Shown here piece by piece: positions 16,686 to 17,468 of a stretch of 17,468 nt of DNA. The notes beneath the pieces were generated by a model. It ran no database searches. It worked only from the letters and a program-made list of their open reading frames with translations, and was not told the DNA's origin. The first letter of the stretch is position 1. Each line of letters begins with the position of its first letter. Made by a program: the position numbers and the translations under genes. Source of the stretch: Pseudomonadota bacterium (lineage in GTDB: Bacteria; Myxococcota; JACRCW01; JAFGSX01); assembly GCA_043821645.1 (NCBI GenBank), contig JBDRCO010000012.1:1-17468 (forward strand), given 5' to 3'.

Positions 16686-17468
16686 GCTGCCAGCGCCCGC
16701 CGGATGGCGTCGGCCTGCAGGGGCACGAAGGCGTCGACGCCTTGCCACAGCAAGGTGCCATCGGGCAGGCGCAGGTAGATGCCGCGCGCCACGCCCAGGC
16801 TGCGCTCGCGGTGGCTCTCCCAGCTGACGTCGTGGGCGAGCTGGTGCAGGTCGCTGGCCAGCGCGCTGCCCTGCACCAGGCGCGCGCCCCAGGCGGCGAC
16901 GTGGCCGCTGGCGGCGAGGTGGTCGCTCTTGCTGCCGTTGCAGCGGGTGTGGGCCGCGACCAGGTTCTGCACGCTGTTGTCGGGGTAGCGCGCCCAGGGG
17001 ATGAAGTGGTCGACCTCGACGCTGCTCTTGAGGGCGTCAGCGCAGTAAAAGCAGCGCCCGCCCTGGAGGTCGATCAAGCCCGCGCGCAGCCGCGCCGTGC
17101 TCACGCGGTCGGCGCCAAACAGGAAGCTCTCGAGCCGCGACTCCTCGAGCTTGTTGATCTGGGCGACCATGTGTATCCACTCGCGGTGGATGAGGGGCCT
17201 GAGCAGGCCGCCGAGCTGCACCAATGAGCGGCCCACGCCCTCGAGCAGCAGGATGCGGTTGTCAAAGCTGCTGGGTCGCCCGCGCTGGTAGTCGCTGACC
17301 AGGCGCTTGCTGCGCTCGATCTCGAGGCCCCAGCCAATGCGGTACAGCACCTGTCGTTGCTGCGCGCCCACGACCTGCACCCGCGGCAGCGGCATCAGGA
17401 TCAGGGTCCACTCGATGTGGTCGAGCAGGCGCGTCATGCCCGGGCTGTCCTCGAGCGCGGCCTGGTGC
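16682..17468 (-). CDS. HNH endonuclease domain protein; 5' end beyond the window
   Basis: QGGRCFYC...EVDHFIPWARYPDNSVQNLVAAHTRCNGSKSD is an HNH motif. The frame stays open upstream of Met 17437 (HQAALEDSPG) to the window edge. Confidence 0.92.
   Translation of the reverse strand, partial: HQAALEDSPGMTRLLDHIEWTLILMPLPRVQVVGAQQRQVLYRIGWGLEIERSKRLVSDYQRGRPSSFDNRILLLEGVGRSLVQLGGLLRPLIHREWIHMVAQINKLEESRLESFLFGADRVSTARLRAGLIDLQGGRCFYCADALKSSVEVDHFIPWARYPDNSVQNLVAAHTRCNGSKSDHLAASGHVAAWGARLVQGSALASDLHQLAHDVSWESHRERSLGVARGIYLRLPDGTLLWQGVDAFVPLQADAIRRALAA

Noticed and set aside
14066-16748. ORFs 14066-15724(+), 14499-15836(-), 15679-16368(+), 15837-16748(-)
   Set aside because: Shadow frames or translations of heptamer repeats.
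1-17468. DGR, retron, transposase, tRNA or rRNA
   Set aside because: No reverse-transcriptase, HUH/DDE or recombinase motifs, no adenine-specific TR/VR pair and no RNA-gene signatures seen.

Overview
High-GC window that probably comes from a Myxococcota-type deltaproteobacterium, judging by two proteins with MYXO-CTERM-like sorting tails plus Cys-rich and DAG-rich linkers. It encodes several large secreted or surface proteins: a lamin-tail plus disintegrin-repeat protein (partial, absent from the ORF track), a ~2006-aa carboxypeptidase-regulatory-like repeat protein, a TSP3/PPC lipoprotein with a CsgG/TolB-N-like partner, and a nidogen-like protein. It also encodes a GNAT-thioredoxin protein, a HIT hydrolase convergent with an HNH nuclease, and an orphan 291-aa protein that by eye resembles LysM-like plus eukaryotic RGS domain. 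The most striking feature is non-coding. Almost every intergenic region is built from three recurring short motif families: a GGTGYCTGGCACC-type palindrome (about 7 copies), GGGGACAGAGCC (4 copies), and a 40-65 bp GTTGAAGAG...TGCCTGTGCCACCCAAC core (4 copies, two enclosed by inverted heptamer arrays). Several 5'-truncated gene fragments (metallophosphoesterase, lamin-tail, AbiEii-like, one unidentified) begin at or near such motifs. This suggests a REP/REPIN-like system that captures or shuffles DNA, with no transposase in this window. All family assignments come from motif recognition by eye, without database searches.
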